This document shows, piece by piece, positions 17,655 to 26,717 of a stretch of 43,351 nt of DNA. Made by a program: the position numbers and the translations under genes. Source of the stretch: a virus (lineage: Duplodnaviria > Caudoviricetes); the IMG/VR virus record IMGVR_UViG_3300038520_002532, positions 1 through 43,351 of that record; one strand, 5' to 3'. The notes below the pieces were generated by a model. It was not told the DNA's origin. It searched no databases and saw nothing but the letters and a program-made list of their open reading frames with translations. Position 1 is the first letter of the stretch. Every line of letters begins with the position of its first letter.

Positions 17655-18905
17655 ATGAGAGGAATGCAGACCCTCCTGAAGACCAACGGTGATGATGGAG
17701 ATTTCTCAATTCTAAAAAGCAACGACGACTTGATGATTGGTGGTTATGCAAGCATTGAAATCGTTGATAAGCAAAATGATTTGATTACACTCAAAGCCTT
17801 AAAAGAGGCAGTAAATAAATTTATGGAACAAAAGTCATTTAGAAACGTAATGACTAATCATTCAAATGTTCAAGTTGGAGAAGTGGTGGACTCTTATAGA
17901 GACAAACAAGGAAGGCTTTTCAAAACAGAAGTTGATGATGTAGGATTCTTTGTTGTTATCAAACTCCGAGATGATATCGAAAAAGCCAAGGAGATTAATA
18001 GAGGGATTAGAAAAGGTTCTCTTCGTTCTTTTAGCATTGGTGGACAAGCACTACAGAAAGTCAAGAAATCAAATTCTGAATTAGGACAATACAACGAAAT
18101 TTCTAAGTTAGAACTGCACGAAGTCACGATTTGTGAAAAAGGTATTAACCCGGAAGCAAAGTTTGACATTTTAAAACAAGAAAAAACAGGTGAGATAATG
18201 ACCGAAAAACTAGAAAAAGCACTGGAAGAGTTAGACACACTTCTGAAAGAAGTGAACTCACTCCGAAAGGAAGAAGACAAAGAAATGATGATGGATGAAA
18301 AAGAATCCATGTATGGTGAAGAAAAAGCCATGCATGGAGAAGAAAAGGCCATGCATGGTGAAAAGATGATGGACGAAAAGATGGAAGACGAGGAATCTAT
18401 GGAATACATGGACATGGAAGAAAAAGCCCTTGTCCCTACCGTTGATGGCTCAGGTAACGAAATCGGTGAGCCTGCTGACAGAATCGTAATTGATGGTGGT
18501 CAGCCAACCGGTTCTCTTTCGACCATGCCCGTCGTAAAGGCCTTTAACAACGATGAACTTGCTACCTTGGACCTTTCCAACTCAAACATCGAAAAGGCTT
18601 ACGAGGCTTTCCGTCAAGAGCAATTAGAGAAACTTGCTTACGATAACCTCCAAAAGTCCTTTGCTGCTCGTTTCGAGCAAGAAGTTTCTACCCGAGAAGA
18701 TGCAATCGCAAAGCAGAACTACGATGCTGCTAGTGAAATTGCTTCCCTTAAGAACGAATTTACTGAACTCCGCAAGTCTCTGACCGCAGAGCGCGAAGTT
18801 ATCGCAAAGGCTCAAGAAGAAGCAGTTGCGAACATTCCCACGATGGACGACATCGCCAAGATGGATTGGTCTGAAGTTCACCGTCTTATCGGAGGAAACC
18901 TTTGA
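17655..18905 (+). CDS. Prohead (maturation) protease, HK97-type, fused to C-terminal scaffold domain
   Basis: IGGYAS..VDKQND, MTNHS (His), SFSIGG (Ser), EVTICEKGINPEA; acidic coiled-coil C-terminal half; immediately before MCP. Confidence 0.92.
   Translation: MRGMQTLLKTNGDDGDFSILKSNDDLMIGGYASIEIVDKQNDLITLKALKEAVNKFMEQKSFRNVMTNHSNVQVGEVVDSYRDKQGRLFKTEVDDVGFFVVIKLRDDIEKAKEINRGIRKGSLRSFSIGGQALQKVKKSNSELGQYNEISKLELHEVTICEKGINPEAKFDILKQEKTGEIMTEKLEKALEELDTLLKEVNSLRKEEDKEMMMDEKESMYGEEKAMHGEEKAMHGEKMMDEKMEDEESMEYMDMEEKALVPTVDGSGNEIGEPADRIVIDGGQPTGSLSTMPVVKAFNNDELATLDLSNSNIEKAYEAFRQEQLEKLAYDNLQKSFAARFEQEVSTREDAIAKQNYDAASEIASLKNEFTELRKSLTAEREVIAKAQEEAVANIPTMDDIAKMDWSEVHRLIGGNL
18198..18905 (+). CDS. 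Nested in-frame scaffolding protein (internal start)
   Basis: AGGTGAG SD at about 18188-18194 followed by in-frame ATG 18198 (MTEKLEKAL) at the protease/scaffold boundary. Confidence 0.6.
   Translation: MTEKLEKALEELDTLLKEVNSLRKEEDKEMMMDEKESMYGEEKAMHGEEKAMHGEKMMDEKMEDEESMEYMDMEEKALVPTVDGSGNEIGEPADRIVIDGGQPTGSLSTMPVVKAFNNDELATLDLSNSNIEKAYEAFRQEQLEKLAYDNLQKSFAARFEQEVSTREDAIAKQNYDAASEIASLKNEFTELRKSLTAEREVIAKAQEEAVANIPTMDDIAKMDWSEVHRLIGGNL
18309..18365 (+). repeat. 21-nt tandem repeat, about 2.7 copies, encoding M(Y/H)GEEKA
   Basis: ATGTATGGTGAAGAAAAAGCC ATGCATGGAGAAGAAAAGGCC ATGCATGGTGAAAAG. Confidence 0.85.
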
Positions 18906-18916
18906 GGTGATTTAAC

Positions 18917-20260
18917 ATGAGTGGTTATATTAACACAATTGCAGACTTAGAAGCACAAACATACGGAGTAGGAAACTTTGGAGCGGGTAACTCCCTTCTG
19001 AAGCAAGCGGGCCTTGTTGGTGGAATCCACACAGGCCACGATACCTCTCTTGGTCTTGGTGGCGGTGCTACCGGGATTTCTACAACTGAAGGCCTATATA
19101 ACGTAGTTTATGGCCAAAAGGTTTGGTCTATGCTAAACCGTGAATGTAACGCCCTTTCGATGATTTCGAAGCGCCCATACAGTTCCTCCGGTTGGAGAGT
19201 TCTGAAGTCTCGCCCTGCCGGTGGTAGTGGAGACACATTCAGCGTCGCAACCTCTGGAACTTTGAATGCTGCCTTAATTGGTGCAGATTCTCCCCGTGCT
19301 GACGCAATCGGTGGCGTTCCCGAGAATGCAGGTCTTTCGACTGATGCTGACGGTCTTGGCCCAATTGCGCCAACCTACGCTCAACTGTTTATCTCCCCGA
19401 AGGTCGTTGCGCATCAATTCGACTTCTCGGAGTTGGCTATGGAATTAGCAGCCATTGATGACGGTATTGGCGACATTCGCGCTCAAATGCGTGAAGACAT
19501 GGGTAAGCACCACGCTGAAGTTCAGAACAAAATGCTAGTTATGCCCTTGGAGCACTATGGTGAAAACTCCGCTATGCCCCACATTGAGCGAAACTACACC
19601 TCTTTGTTGAAGGTTGTTTCGAGCCGTGCTGAATTGCTGGCTATTGACGGTGGTGTTCTTGCTACCGACACAACCTCTGCTAGCAACAACTTGGGTAAAA
19701 TCTTCGGCCAAGAGCGGTTTAGTGCCGCTTCTTTCCTTGATGCTACCGTTGATTTCGGTAGTGGCTATGCTGCCGGTGATGTTCGGTCCTTGACCTTAAC
19801 TCGCCTAAACGACACGATTCGCAACCTGCGAACTGCCGGTGGTGCGCCAAAGGTTATCCTTACAGGCTACGACACCATTCAGGCTATTGCTGACCTGTTG
19901 CAGAGCCAAGAGCGTTTCATGGACCGAAAAGAAGTCGTTCCGACTGTTAACGGTGTTCGTGGCGTAAAGGGTGCTGAAGTCGGTTTCCGTGTTTCGACCT
20001 ATTACGACATTCCTCTGATTCCGGTCAAGGATATGCCTTCAACCACCGGTGCTTCAACTTCGATTAGCGACTTGCTTTTCCTTGATACCGACCATATGTG
20101 GCTATCTGTTATGAAACCCACTCAATACTTTGAGGACGGTATCGCTAACGGAAACCCATTCGGTGTCGGAACCCTTGGGAACCGCGCTCTTTACCGAACC
20201 ATCGGTGAAGTTGGCTGTTCCTTCTTCAAGGGCCAAGGTAAGATTACCAACCTTCAATGA
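18917..20260 (+). CDS. Major capsid protein (HK97 fold)
   Basis: Follows protease; GAGGTGA SD; 447 aa; PKVVAHQFDFSELAMELA, YDIPLIP, LLFLDT patterns; C-ending codon bias of a highly expressed gene. Confidence 0.88.
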   Translation: MSGYINTIADLEAQTYGVGNFGAGNSLLKQAGLVGGIHTGHDTSLGLGGGATGISTTEGLYNVVYGQKVWSMLNRECNALSMISKRPYSSSGWRVLKSRPAGGSGDTFSVATSGTLNAALIGADSPRADAIGGVPENAGLSTDADGLGPIAPTYAQLFISPKVVAHQFDFSELAMELAAIDDGIGDIRAQMREDMGKHHAEVQNKMLVMPLEHYGENSAMPHIERNYTSLLKVVSSRAELLAIDGGVLATDTTSASNNLGKIFGQERFSAASFLDATVDFGSGYAAGDVRSLTLTRLNDTIRNLRTAGGAPKVILTGYDTIQAIADLLQSQERFMDRKEVVPTVNGVRGVKGAEVGFRVSTYYDIPLIPVKDMPSTTGASTSISDLLFLDTDHMWLSVMKPTQYFEDGIANGNPFGVGTLGNRALYRTIGEVGCSFFKGQGKITNLQ

Positions 20261-20270
20261 GGTGTTTTAG

Positions 20271-20852
20271 TTGACCAATGCAATTACCTTGATTGCTGAC
20301 CATAAGGGCTTTACTCGCCCAAAGGTCGTCGGTGACGATTACATTGTCTTAGCCGATTGTGCAATCACAGCATACAGAACAGGAACAACCGCTACAGCAG
20401 CCTCTCAAACAATTACCGCTGCAACTTCGGGTGATACCCTTACTCGAACATCAGGTAGTTACCTAACAGATGGCTTTGAAGTGGGTGATATCGTAACAAT
20501 TGCTGGTTCTGCCGGTGCAAACAACGCTCTTCTTATGGAAATTACAGCGTTAACTGCAACTGTATTAACTACAGACTCTAACCTAACTAACGATACAGGT
20601 GGCGGAAATGAGCAAATTACGCACGCAGGCGAGGTAGTTACCGCTGCTTCACTTGGTCTTTCTAGCATTACTTCGGTGGCTATTGTGGGACAAAACAAGT
20701 TTAACACGTATTACTACGCCGGACGTGTCTCAAATACAGGTGATAAAGCATACCTTTACTGTATGGCCGACGCAGGGCCTATCGCAGACAATACGGGTTT
20801 GGCCTCTGGAGACTTAGGCACAATTCGTCTAGAAGTTCGCGGACAGATTTGA
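20271..20852 (+). CDS. Putative head decoration/minor structural protein
   Basis: T/A/G-rich beta protein directly after MCP; GFEVGDIVTIAGS motif. Confidence 0.55.
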   Translation: MTNAITLIADHKGFTRPKVVGDDYIVLADCAITAYRTGTTATAASQTITAATSGDTLTRTSGSYLTDGFEVGDIVTIAGSAGANNALLMEITALTATVLTTDSNLTNDTGGGNEQITHAGEVVTAASLGLSSITSVAIVGQNKFNTYYYAGRVSNTGDKAYLYCMADAGPIADNTGLASGDLGTIRLEVRGQI

Positions 20853-20862
20853 GGCGGTAAAT

Positions 20863-21237
20863 ATGGTTTCTGTAAAACTTAGCGAAAAGGCTCAGTTTTC
20901 CAGATTCCCCATCGTTGGAACAGACGGGCTGACCGAGATTACTCGGGATGAAGCCTGTTCTGTTCCTTCGAGTTGGGCAATCGTTAGATTAGCGGATCCC
21001 AATCTTTTATTCACCTTTGAAGAATCAGACAGAAAGTTTCTCTCTGAATTAGAGGGTAAAATTCTAGATATCGCTCTAAGGGAACTCAAAATCGAAGGCT
21101 CTGCATCCGATGTAGAAGTCGCCCTTTTAGGTGCTAAGGCAAAAACTTCAAGCGTTAAAAGCAAAGTTTCAAAGGCTGCCTCTAAGGTAACAACACCCAA
21201 ACCTAAGAAAGAAACCGTCAAATCTGACGATTCTTGA
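20863..21237 (+). CDS. Hypothetical protein with basic K/S/T tail
   Basis: GAGGCGG SD; 124 aa. Confidence 0.65.
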   Translation: MVSVKLSEKAQFSRFPIVGTDGLTEITRDEACSVPSSWAIVRLADPNLLFTFEESDRKFLSELEGKILDIALRELKIEGSASDVEVALLGAKAKTSSVKSKVSKAASKVTTPKPKKETVKSDDS

Positions 21238-21288
21238 AACAGAGGGGTTAAGTAGTAGGGGCTACGTCCCAACAATGGAGGAATCCAA

Positions 21289-21570
21289 ATGGGCTTTGCA
21301 GGTTGCCGTTCAAGTGGTGTCTTGACTTCGAGTGCAGTTGTGTCTTCAGACAGAGCGTTGTTAATTAGCATTCATGCTACTGAAGTTGCAGGTTCCGCTG
21401 CTACAGTTAAGATTTGGGACAATACTGCTGCTTCTGGAAAAGAAGTTGCTAGAATTACCCTTGCTGCAAATCAAACAATTGAGTTTGATATGCACGGTGT
21501 CCTTTGCACCAACGGCATTTATTTCGAGGAAGATGCAGGCTCAGTTGCAGTTTCCATCGAATTCGCCTGA
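21289..21570 (+). CDS. Small beta-rich virion-type protein
   Basis: GGAGG SD; ATVKIWDNTAASG...GVLCTNGIY; TTAAGTA TATA-like element in the upstream gap. Confidence 0.65.
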   Translation: MGFAGCRSSGVLTSSAVVSSDRALLISIHATEVAGSAATVKIWDNTAASGKEVARITLAANQTIEFDMHGVLCTNGIYFEEDAGSVAVSIEFA

Positions 21571-21581
21571 GGTGATTTAAA

Positions 21582-21977
21582 GTGGCCGCTCTCAATCAAG
21601 ACACAAGGCTCGTTATGACTATCCTTTTTTGCGGTTGTCTTAGCGGAGCAAATGTTTTCTTTTACGCTCAATATGGAATTGGTTTCCCATATTCTCATTT
21701 AGCCCACGCCGTTCTCTTCGGTTTAGTTACTGTTGGAGCAATCATGATTATGAAAGCCATTGGGGATTTGTTCCTCAATGACCGCATTGAATTATTTTTG
21801 CTCGACCGTAAGATTGAAGCATATTGGGCTAGAATGTCCCGCGATGAGCAACAAAGAAAAAAACTCGTTGAAACCTCAAAGCAATTTACTACAGACTTCA
21901 ACACGGTCCCTCAGTTTGGTTTCCAACAAAACCAAAACAATGAGGTTAGTGCTGATTTCTTGGCTAAGTTGCAATAA
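21582..21977 (+). CDS. Two-TM membrane protein with cytoplasmic coiled-coil tail (holin-like topology)
   Basis: Hydrophobic LVMTILFCGCLSGANVFFY and AVLFGLVTVGAIMIM; GAGGTGA SD. Confidence 0.7.
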   Translation: MAALNQDTRLVMTILFCGCLSGANVFFYAQYGIGFPYSHLAHAVLFGLVTVGAIMIMKAIGDLFLNDRIELFLLDRKIEAYWARMSRDEQQRKKLVETSKQFTTDFNTVPQFGFQQNQNNEVSADFLAKLQ

Positions 21978-21987
21978 GGTGATATGA

Positions 21988-22203
21988 TTGTTAATGGACC
22001 TTATGGGTATGTCTGATTCTGATTACATGTATAATCAGACACGTGCCCATTCTGCCGACATTATGTTTCTTAAACTAAAGGCTTGGTTTTACGGAATTTC
22101 TTGTTCCGTGGCCGCGTTACTTCTTGGTAACGTAGGTGGAGTTTTTGGCGTTGATATCATCGGTTGGTCAATTGATGCAATTGTTGGATTATTTACTCAT
22201 TAA
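21988..22203 (+). CDS. Small membrane protein
   Basis: Hydrophobic C-terminal half; AGGTGA SD. Confidence 0.65.
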   Translation: MLMDLMGMSDSDYMYNQTRAHSADIMFLKLKAWFYGISCSVAALLLGNVGGVFGVDIIGWSIDAIVGLFTH

Positions 22204-22218
22204 GGAGGGTTTAAATGA

Positions 22219-22878
22219 ATGTCACTACTTACCGGCTTTGCGGTTGTTGTGACGGAAGCGGCTCTTGCGATTTACAGAAAACTTCACGCAGTTCATTTTG
22301 GAGTTTATGGAGCAACGATGGTTGGAAAAACAACACTACATCATCAATTGAGAACGAGAGGAGAGGTTCAACAAATTAAAGAAAGAACGGTTGGAAGACA
22401 CCGTGCTTCAAGAAAATATGTTAAACTTGACGGCAACGCTCACACATTAAAAACCGCAGACATTGGTGGAGAGGCAATCTATTGGAAAGAATGGCTCAAA
22501 GACATGCGAGAGAGGAAAGTAAAATACGTCATCTTTATGATTGACCACCGGCATTTAGATAACGATTCAAACATGGACCATCAAATTGCATGGAAGTTTT
22601 TCGTTGATGCAATGATTAATGACTATTGGCCTGATGGAAAAAAGAAAAAGGATGCAGACTTTCCATTAGCAGTAGGAATTTGGGCGAACAAATATGACAT
22701 TTGGGGAGAGAAATACCCAACCGACGATATTCTAAAACACGAAATCTTTGAACCATTTAAATATGGAATGAGCAAACTAAACGATAGAGGAATCCCTTGT
22801 TTTAAGTATATTGTTTCTGCAAAGTCTGACCCTGAAATGGTGTATAAAGGAATCTTCACGATGATTAAGGATTATTGA
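22219..22878 (+). CDS. Ras-superfamily small GTPase, Arf/Sar-like
   Basis: G1 GATMVGKTT, G2 T (ERTVG), G3 DIGGE, G4 NKYD, G5 SAK; hydrophobic/amphipathic N-terminal helix. Confidence 0.88.
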   Translation: MSLLTGFAVVVTEAALAIYRKLHAVHFGVYGATMVGKTTLHHQLRTRGEVQQIKERTVGRHRASRKYVKLDGNAHTLKTADIGGEAIYWKEWLKDMRERKVKYVIFMIDHRHLDNDSNMDHQIAWKFFVDAMINDYWPDGKKKKDADFPLAVGIWANKYDIWGEKYPTDDILKHEIFEPFKYGMSKLNDRGIPCFKYIVSAKSDPEMVYKGIFTMIKDY

Positions 22879-23534
22879 TTATTATGTATCAGCAACCACA
22901 ACTAATGGGAATGCAAAGTGCTCAAGCACCATCAGCATTCTTACCCAAGTTACCGATGTTTCGCTCTCCGGGTCAGATTGAAGAATACAAATATGATTCA
23001 GTTAAACCTAAGAAACAACTTAAGGAAATTAGAAAGGTATTGTTACCAGAAAAGAAGAAGTTTCTGTTCTTTAGATATGGAAAGCAATTTAATCTTAAAG
23101 ACCGCTGTGTTGTTTGTGGAACACATCATCATTGGGATGCAGGGGACTATTTGCGTCCAGTCATTCCTTTAACAGAAGTTCACAAAGGAAGACCAATGAG
23201 AGGAACATATTGTCCCAAGCATGCCGCTATTCACATGCAAATGGAAATGTTAGAGCAACAAATTCTTGCTAATGAGCACGGTCTTGAGTTTAAAGGATTC
23301 AAACCTAAGATGCCGACTATTATTAAAAAGACACCATTAACGTCACTTTCGGCTCAAGATTTAGCATCTCTCACCGCAGCCGGTTGGTCTATAAGGCCAC
23401 CCACCCCTGCAACGATTGAGGATGAGCGGGCCGAAGCATCTGCTCTATTAAATGACCTTAATGCAAGTGTTCAAAGATTAAATCACCTAGTTGAAAAAGG
23501 AGTTGAATTAAATGGGACAGAAAGACGTGATTAA
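22875..23534 (+). CDS. Hypothetical protein with CxxC...CxxH zinc-binding motif
   Basis: CVVCG...YCPKH; likely start at MYQQPQ. Confidence 0.7.
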   Translation: MIIMYQQPQLMGMQSAQAPSAFLPKLPMFRSPGQIEEYKYDSVKPKKQLKEIRKVLLPEKKKFLFFRYGKQFNLKDRCVVCGTHHHWDAGDYLRPVIPLTEVHKGRPMRGTYCPKHAAIHMQMEMLEQQILANEHGLEFKGFKPKMPTIIKKTPLTSLSAQDLASLTAAGWSIRPPTPATIEDERAEASALLNDLNASVQRLNHLVEKGVELNGTERRD

Positions 23535-24144
23535 TGCAATTAGTAGCCAAGGAGATACGACGTTTAAAACCGTCAATAATCTTCTTTCATTACAAGATAA
23601 CCATGTTGAAGAGTTCTTCCAATATCACGGTAAAGACTTTCTAACTACATTGGAAAGATTGATGGAAGACGTTACAGAAAGGGTAGTCAGTAAAATGTTA
23701 GTTAAATTAAAACTAGACATTAATGGAACTGTTGCAACAATGAATCCTGATGCTATGCGAGAATACGAAAGAATTACTACAGAAAAGATTGAACTCGATA
23801 TTGAGAGAATTCTACATTCTGCTTTGAATCAAGAAGTAATTCAGCAAAGAAAGATGGCGAAACAACAATACCTAGAATCTCAAGGGTTTGGTGGTGCTTC
23901 ACCGGGCGCGGCTGCATTTGGTGGTGGTGCTATGGGTGGCGCTATGGCCGGTGGTTATCAGATGCAGGGGGCTATGCAGAACGGTTCAGGTTATCCTGTC
24001 CCACCTGCCGGAACAGACGGTTATGGTCGTCCTTATTGGATTGACCAGAATACAGGTCAAATGTCGTATGAACCACCTCAAAGTGGCTTAGGATTAATGC
24101 AAGTTGCACAAAAGGGTGCTGCTTGGGCTAAGTGGCTCATGTGA
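23512..24144 (+). CDS. Hypothetical protein with Gly/Met/Gln-rich low-complexity tail and amphipathic C-terminus
   Basis: FGGGAMGGAMAGGYQMQG; DGYGRPYWID; AQKGAAWAKWLM. Confidence 0.7.
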   Translation: MGQKDVINAISSQGDTTFKTVNNLLSLQDNHVEEFFQYHGKDFLTTLERLMEDVTERVVSKMLVKLKLDINGTVATMNPDAMREYERITTEKIELDIERILHSALNQEVIQQRKMAKQQYLESQGFGGASPGAAAFGGGAMGGAMAGGYQMQGAMQNGSGYPVPPAGTDGYGRPYWIDQNTGQMSYEPPQSGLGLMQVAQKGAAWAKWLM

Positions 24145-24155
24145 GGCGGTTTTAA

Positions 24156-25400
24156 ATGAGAGTTCTAATCGGTGCTGATGCTACTAGGGCTATTGAAACT
24201 AGCAGCGATGAATTTAGAACTCTCGTCTTAGGTGCTATTTTTTCTGATGTAGTTACAGGTTCAGCGTTTGCTGATAACTTGGACTTATTGGAGGATGCAA
24301 TCGAGGACCCTAGAAATGAAAAATTGGAAGGCTTTAGCCAACAAGGTCTAGTTAAAGAAATGAGAAAGGTTGTAAAAGATGTAGATAAGCAACCAATTGG
24401 AAAACTTCTTCGAGGACAGAAATTTTATAAAAAGTTCGATATTGGCTCTGATGACGAACTCGAAAAGCCATTTGAAGAACTAACACTAGATGAAATCTTA
24501 GATGATGAGAAAATCAAGAGGCTTTTAGGTTTCAGGCAAATGCAGAGGCCACCTGAAATCGAAGCAGGAACAAATGGTTTTATTACTTCTAGTTATCTAA
24601 GAGATGCAATTAAGATTAAAAGAGGCTTTGCTGTAGGGCAAGGTATTACAGAAGGAGAGACTTTTGAATTAGAACTTTCAGAAAGCCAAACGAGTGACAT
24701 TAGTGGTTCAAAGGTAGATTACTTACAAAAAGAGGGCTACAGTCCTTACTTAACTCCTGTTAAAATTAGCAAAATGAATCTTTATAATGAGTCTAGGGAT
24801 AAAATAAAAGATGATAGTTTATACTCAAAGGCTAAAGAAATGTTAAAAGAAAAATTTAAAGACAATGAAGTAATGGATTTCCTTAAGGTTTCTAAAGTTA
24901 AAGAGAATGAAAAGTTTGATGAATATTCTGTTAGAATTAAAAATTCTGTCAAACAACAAGTTTATAACTTTTTAATTTCTAATGTTGTTAAGGGAGAAGT
25001 TCTTTTAAATATTTTCTACTCTCGTAAGGAGAAAGTTACCGAGCGCAGTAAATCATTCGAAGGGATGAATATTGTAGAAATTATTGATAATCCTGATAAA
25101 TTTATTCAAAAGGTTTATCCTACTGATTACAATTTATACGACATGACCTTAGAAATCGAATCTAAGAAAACTGTATTTAGCGTCAAACTAGTGGGAGAAA
25201 AAACACACGGCCTGTTTGAAACAGGTTTAGTTCAAGGAGAAGGCACAGATACAGACTCTTCGTCTTATAAGCCTATTACCGCTTCTAGAGGTCCTTCTCT
25301 TCCATTAGGCACACAAAGAAAAGGCTCAGATTATCGAAGAAAATTACGAGACTTTGCAGCAGTAATTAGAAACAATTATCTTGAATTGATGGAGGTATGA
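24156..25400 (+). CDS. Hypothetical protein
   Basis: 414 aa ORF with GAGGCGG SD. Confidence 0.7.
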   Translation: MRVLIGADATRAIETSSDEFRTLVLGAIFSDVVTGSAFADNLDLLEDAIEDPRNEKLEGFSQQGLVKEMRKVVKDVDKQPIGKLLRGQKFYKKFDIGSDDELEKPFEELTLDEILDDEKIKRLLGFRQMQRPPEIEAGTNGFITSSYLRDAIKIKRGFAVGQGITEGETFELELSESQTSDISGSKVDYLQKEGYSPYLTPVKISKMNLYNESRDKIKDDSLYSKAKEMLKEKFKDNEVMDFLKVSKVKENEKFDEYSVRIKNSVKQQVYNFLISNVVKGEVLLNIFYSRKEKVTERSKSFEGMNIVEIIDNPDKFIQKVYPTDYNLYDMTLEIESKKTVFSVKLVGEKTHGLFETGLVQGEGTDTDSSSYKPITASRGPSLPLGTQRKGSDYRRKLRDFAAVIRNNYLELMEV

Positions 25401-25403
25401 TAG

Positions 25404-26708
25404 ATGGGAGTTGCATCATCACCAAGCGACTATACCGCTATTGCTCCAGACTATGCGAATGGTTTTGGTTTTTATACAGATGTTACTGCTGTAGCAGACA
25501 TGCTTCAGGTTCCTGAATTTACTGACCTCACAAATCCGACAGAAGGTCAGGTTGGTTCAATCATTAAGCGTGTTGAAGGTATGGTTGATGATAAGGCAAA
25601 GCGTTCTTATAGACCAATTATTCACGAAAACGAATTTCACAATTTTGAATTTACTCGCCATCCAATGCATTCATATTACGGAGGCTACGTTGGTTTTATT
25701 CAACTAAGTCAAATGAAAGTCCGTAAAATTATTTCTCTTAGAGTTTGGCAAGGTAACAGTTATGAAGAAATTGCTTCAGCACAATCTTCTATCACTCTTC
25801 TAGATAACTTTAGAGATTTACATTCAGTCACATTACAGTTACCGAATAGTGGAACATCTTTTGTTGCAGAAACAAGCACAGATGGAACCCCACTTAACGA
25901 TGAGTTTGAAGTTACCTTTGGTAAGAAAACAGCAATCGCAGAATTAGCGCATCTTATCAATGAAGAGTTTCCCTCGGGAACTTCACAATTTACAGGAGCA
26001 ACTGCGGCAAAGTCACTTGCTGTTGGTTCTCAGAACGTTTCTGATTACTTTTTCACCCTCAAGGACTCAGAAAATGGGGCGAGGCTAGCCATCTCTTCCC
26101 TGCTCTCCGGGGAAGATGGGTCAGATTGTGTGCTGAAAGCGACCATTCAACAGTCGGCAACGACTGTAAATGCTTCGACTACCTTAACTGTCGCAGATAG
26201 CAGCAAATTAAAAGTAGGCATGACTCTTAGCGGGCATTCTCATATTCCCGCTAATACCACGATTTCCTCAATTGGTGATTCGACTACCGTTGTTATGAGT
26301 GCAACCGCTACAGGGGCTAGTTCTGCAACAACAGCATTTACCTCAACAGACGGCATTCCTACAGTTTGTGAAATTGAATCATTTACTGATAAGAATGATA
26401 TGCGTCGTCTTGGTTCTTATTGGACAATTAGCGATGAAGGCAGAATCTTTTTCTTAAGAGACTACCCATACCACACAAACAACTCCGTCGTAGTTTCTTA
26501 TATCGCAGGTAGTGGAAGAGTTCCGGCAGCAATTCATGAAGCGGCAACTAAATTAGTTTGTGCTGAAATCTTACGACACGATGACCAAACCATTCTTATC
26601 GCTGAAACAGGTGGAAACATTACGACTAAAGAAAAGTATGATATTCTTCGCAAAGAAGCATTTGAAACATTATCGGGTAAAAGTGATATTGTTTATTTCC
26701 TTGACTGA
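25404..26708 (+). CDS. Head-tail adaptor (gp6/gp15-like) with inserted beta domains
   Basis: C-terminal VVVSYIAGSGRVPAAIHEAATKLV typical of adaptors; central T/S-rich insert. Confidence 0.65.
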   Translation: MGVASSPSDYTAIAPDYANGFGFYTDVTAVADMLQVPEFTDLTNPTEGQVGSIIKRVEGMVDDKAKRSYRPIIHENEFHNFEFTRHPMHSYYGGYVGFIQLSQMKVRKIISLRVWQGNSYEEIASAQSSITLLDNFRDLHSVTLQLPNSGTSFVAETSTDGTPLNDEFEVTFGKKTAIAELAHLINEEFPSGTSQFTGATAAKSLAVGSQNVSDYFFTLKDSENGARLAISSLLSGEDGSDCVLKATIQQSATTVNASTTLTVADSSKLKVGMTLSGHSHIPANTTISSIGDSTTVVMSATATGASSATTAFTSTDGIPTVCEIESFTDKNDMRRLGSYWTISDEGRIFFLRDYPYHTNNSVVVSYIAGSGRVPAAIHEAATKLVCAEILRHDDQTILIAETGGNITTKEKYDILRKEAFETLSGKSDIVYFLD

Positions 26709-26717
26709 GGTGTTTTT

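Noticed and set aside
21238-21288. tRNA or structured ncRNA in intergenic gaps
   Set aside because: Gaps are too short and show no cloverleaf; better explained as promoter plus SD
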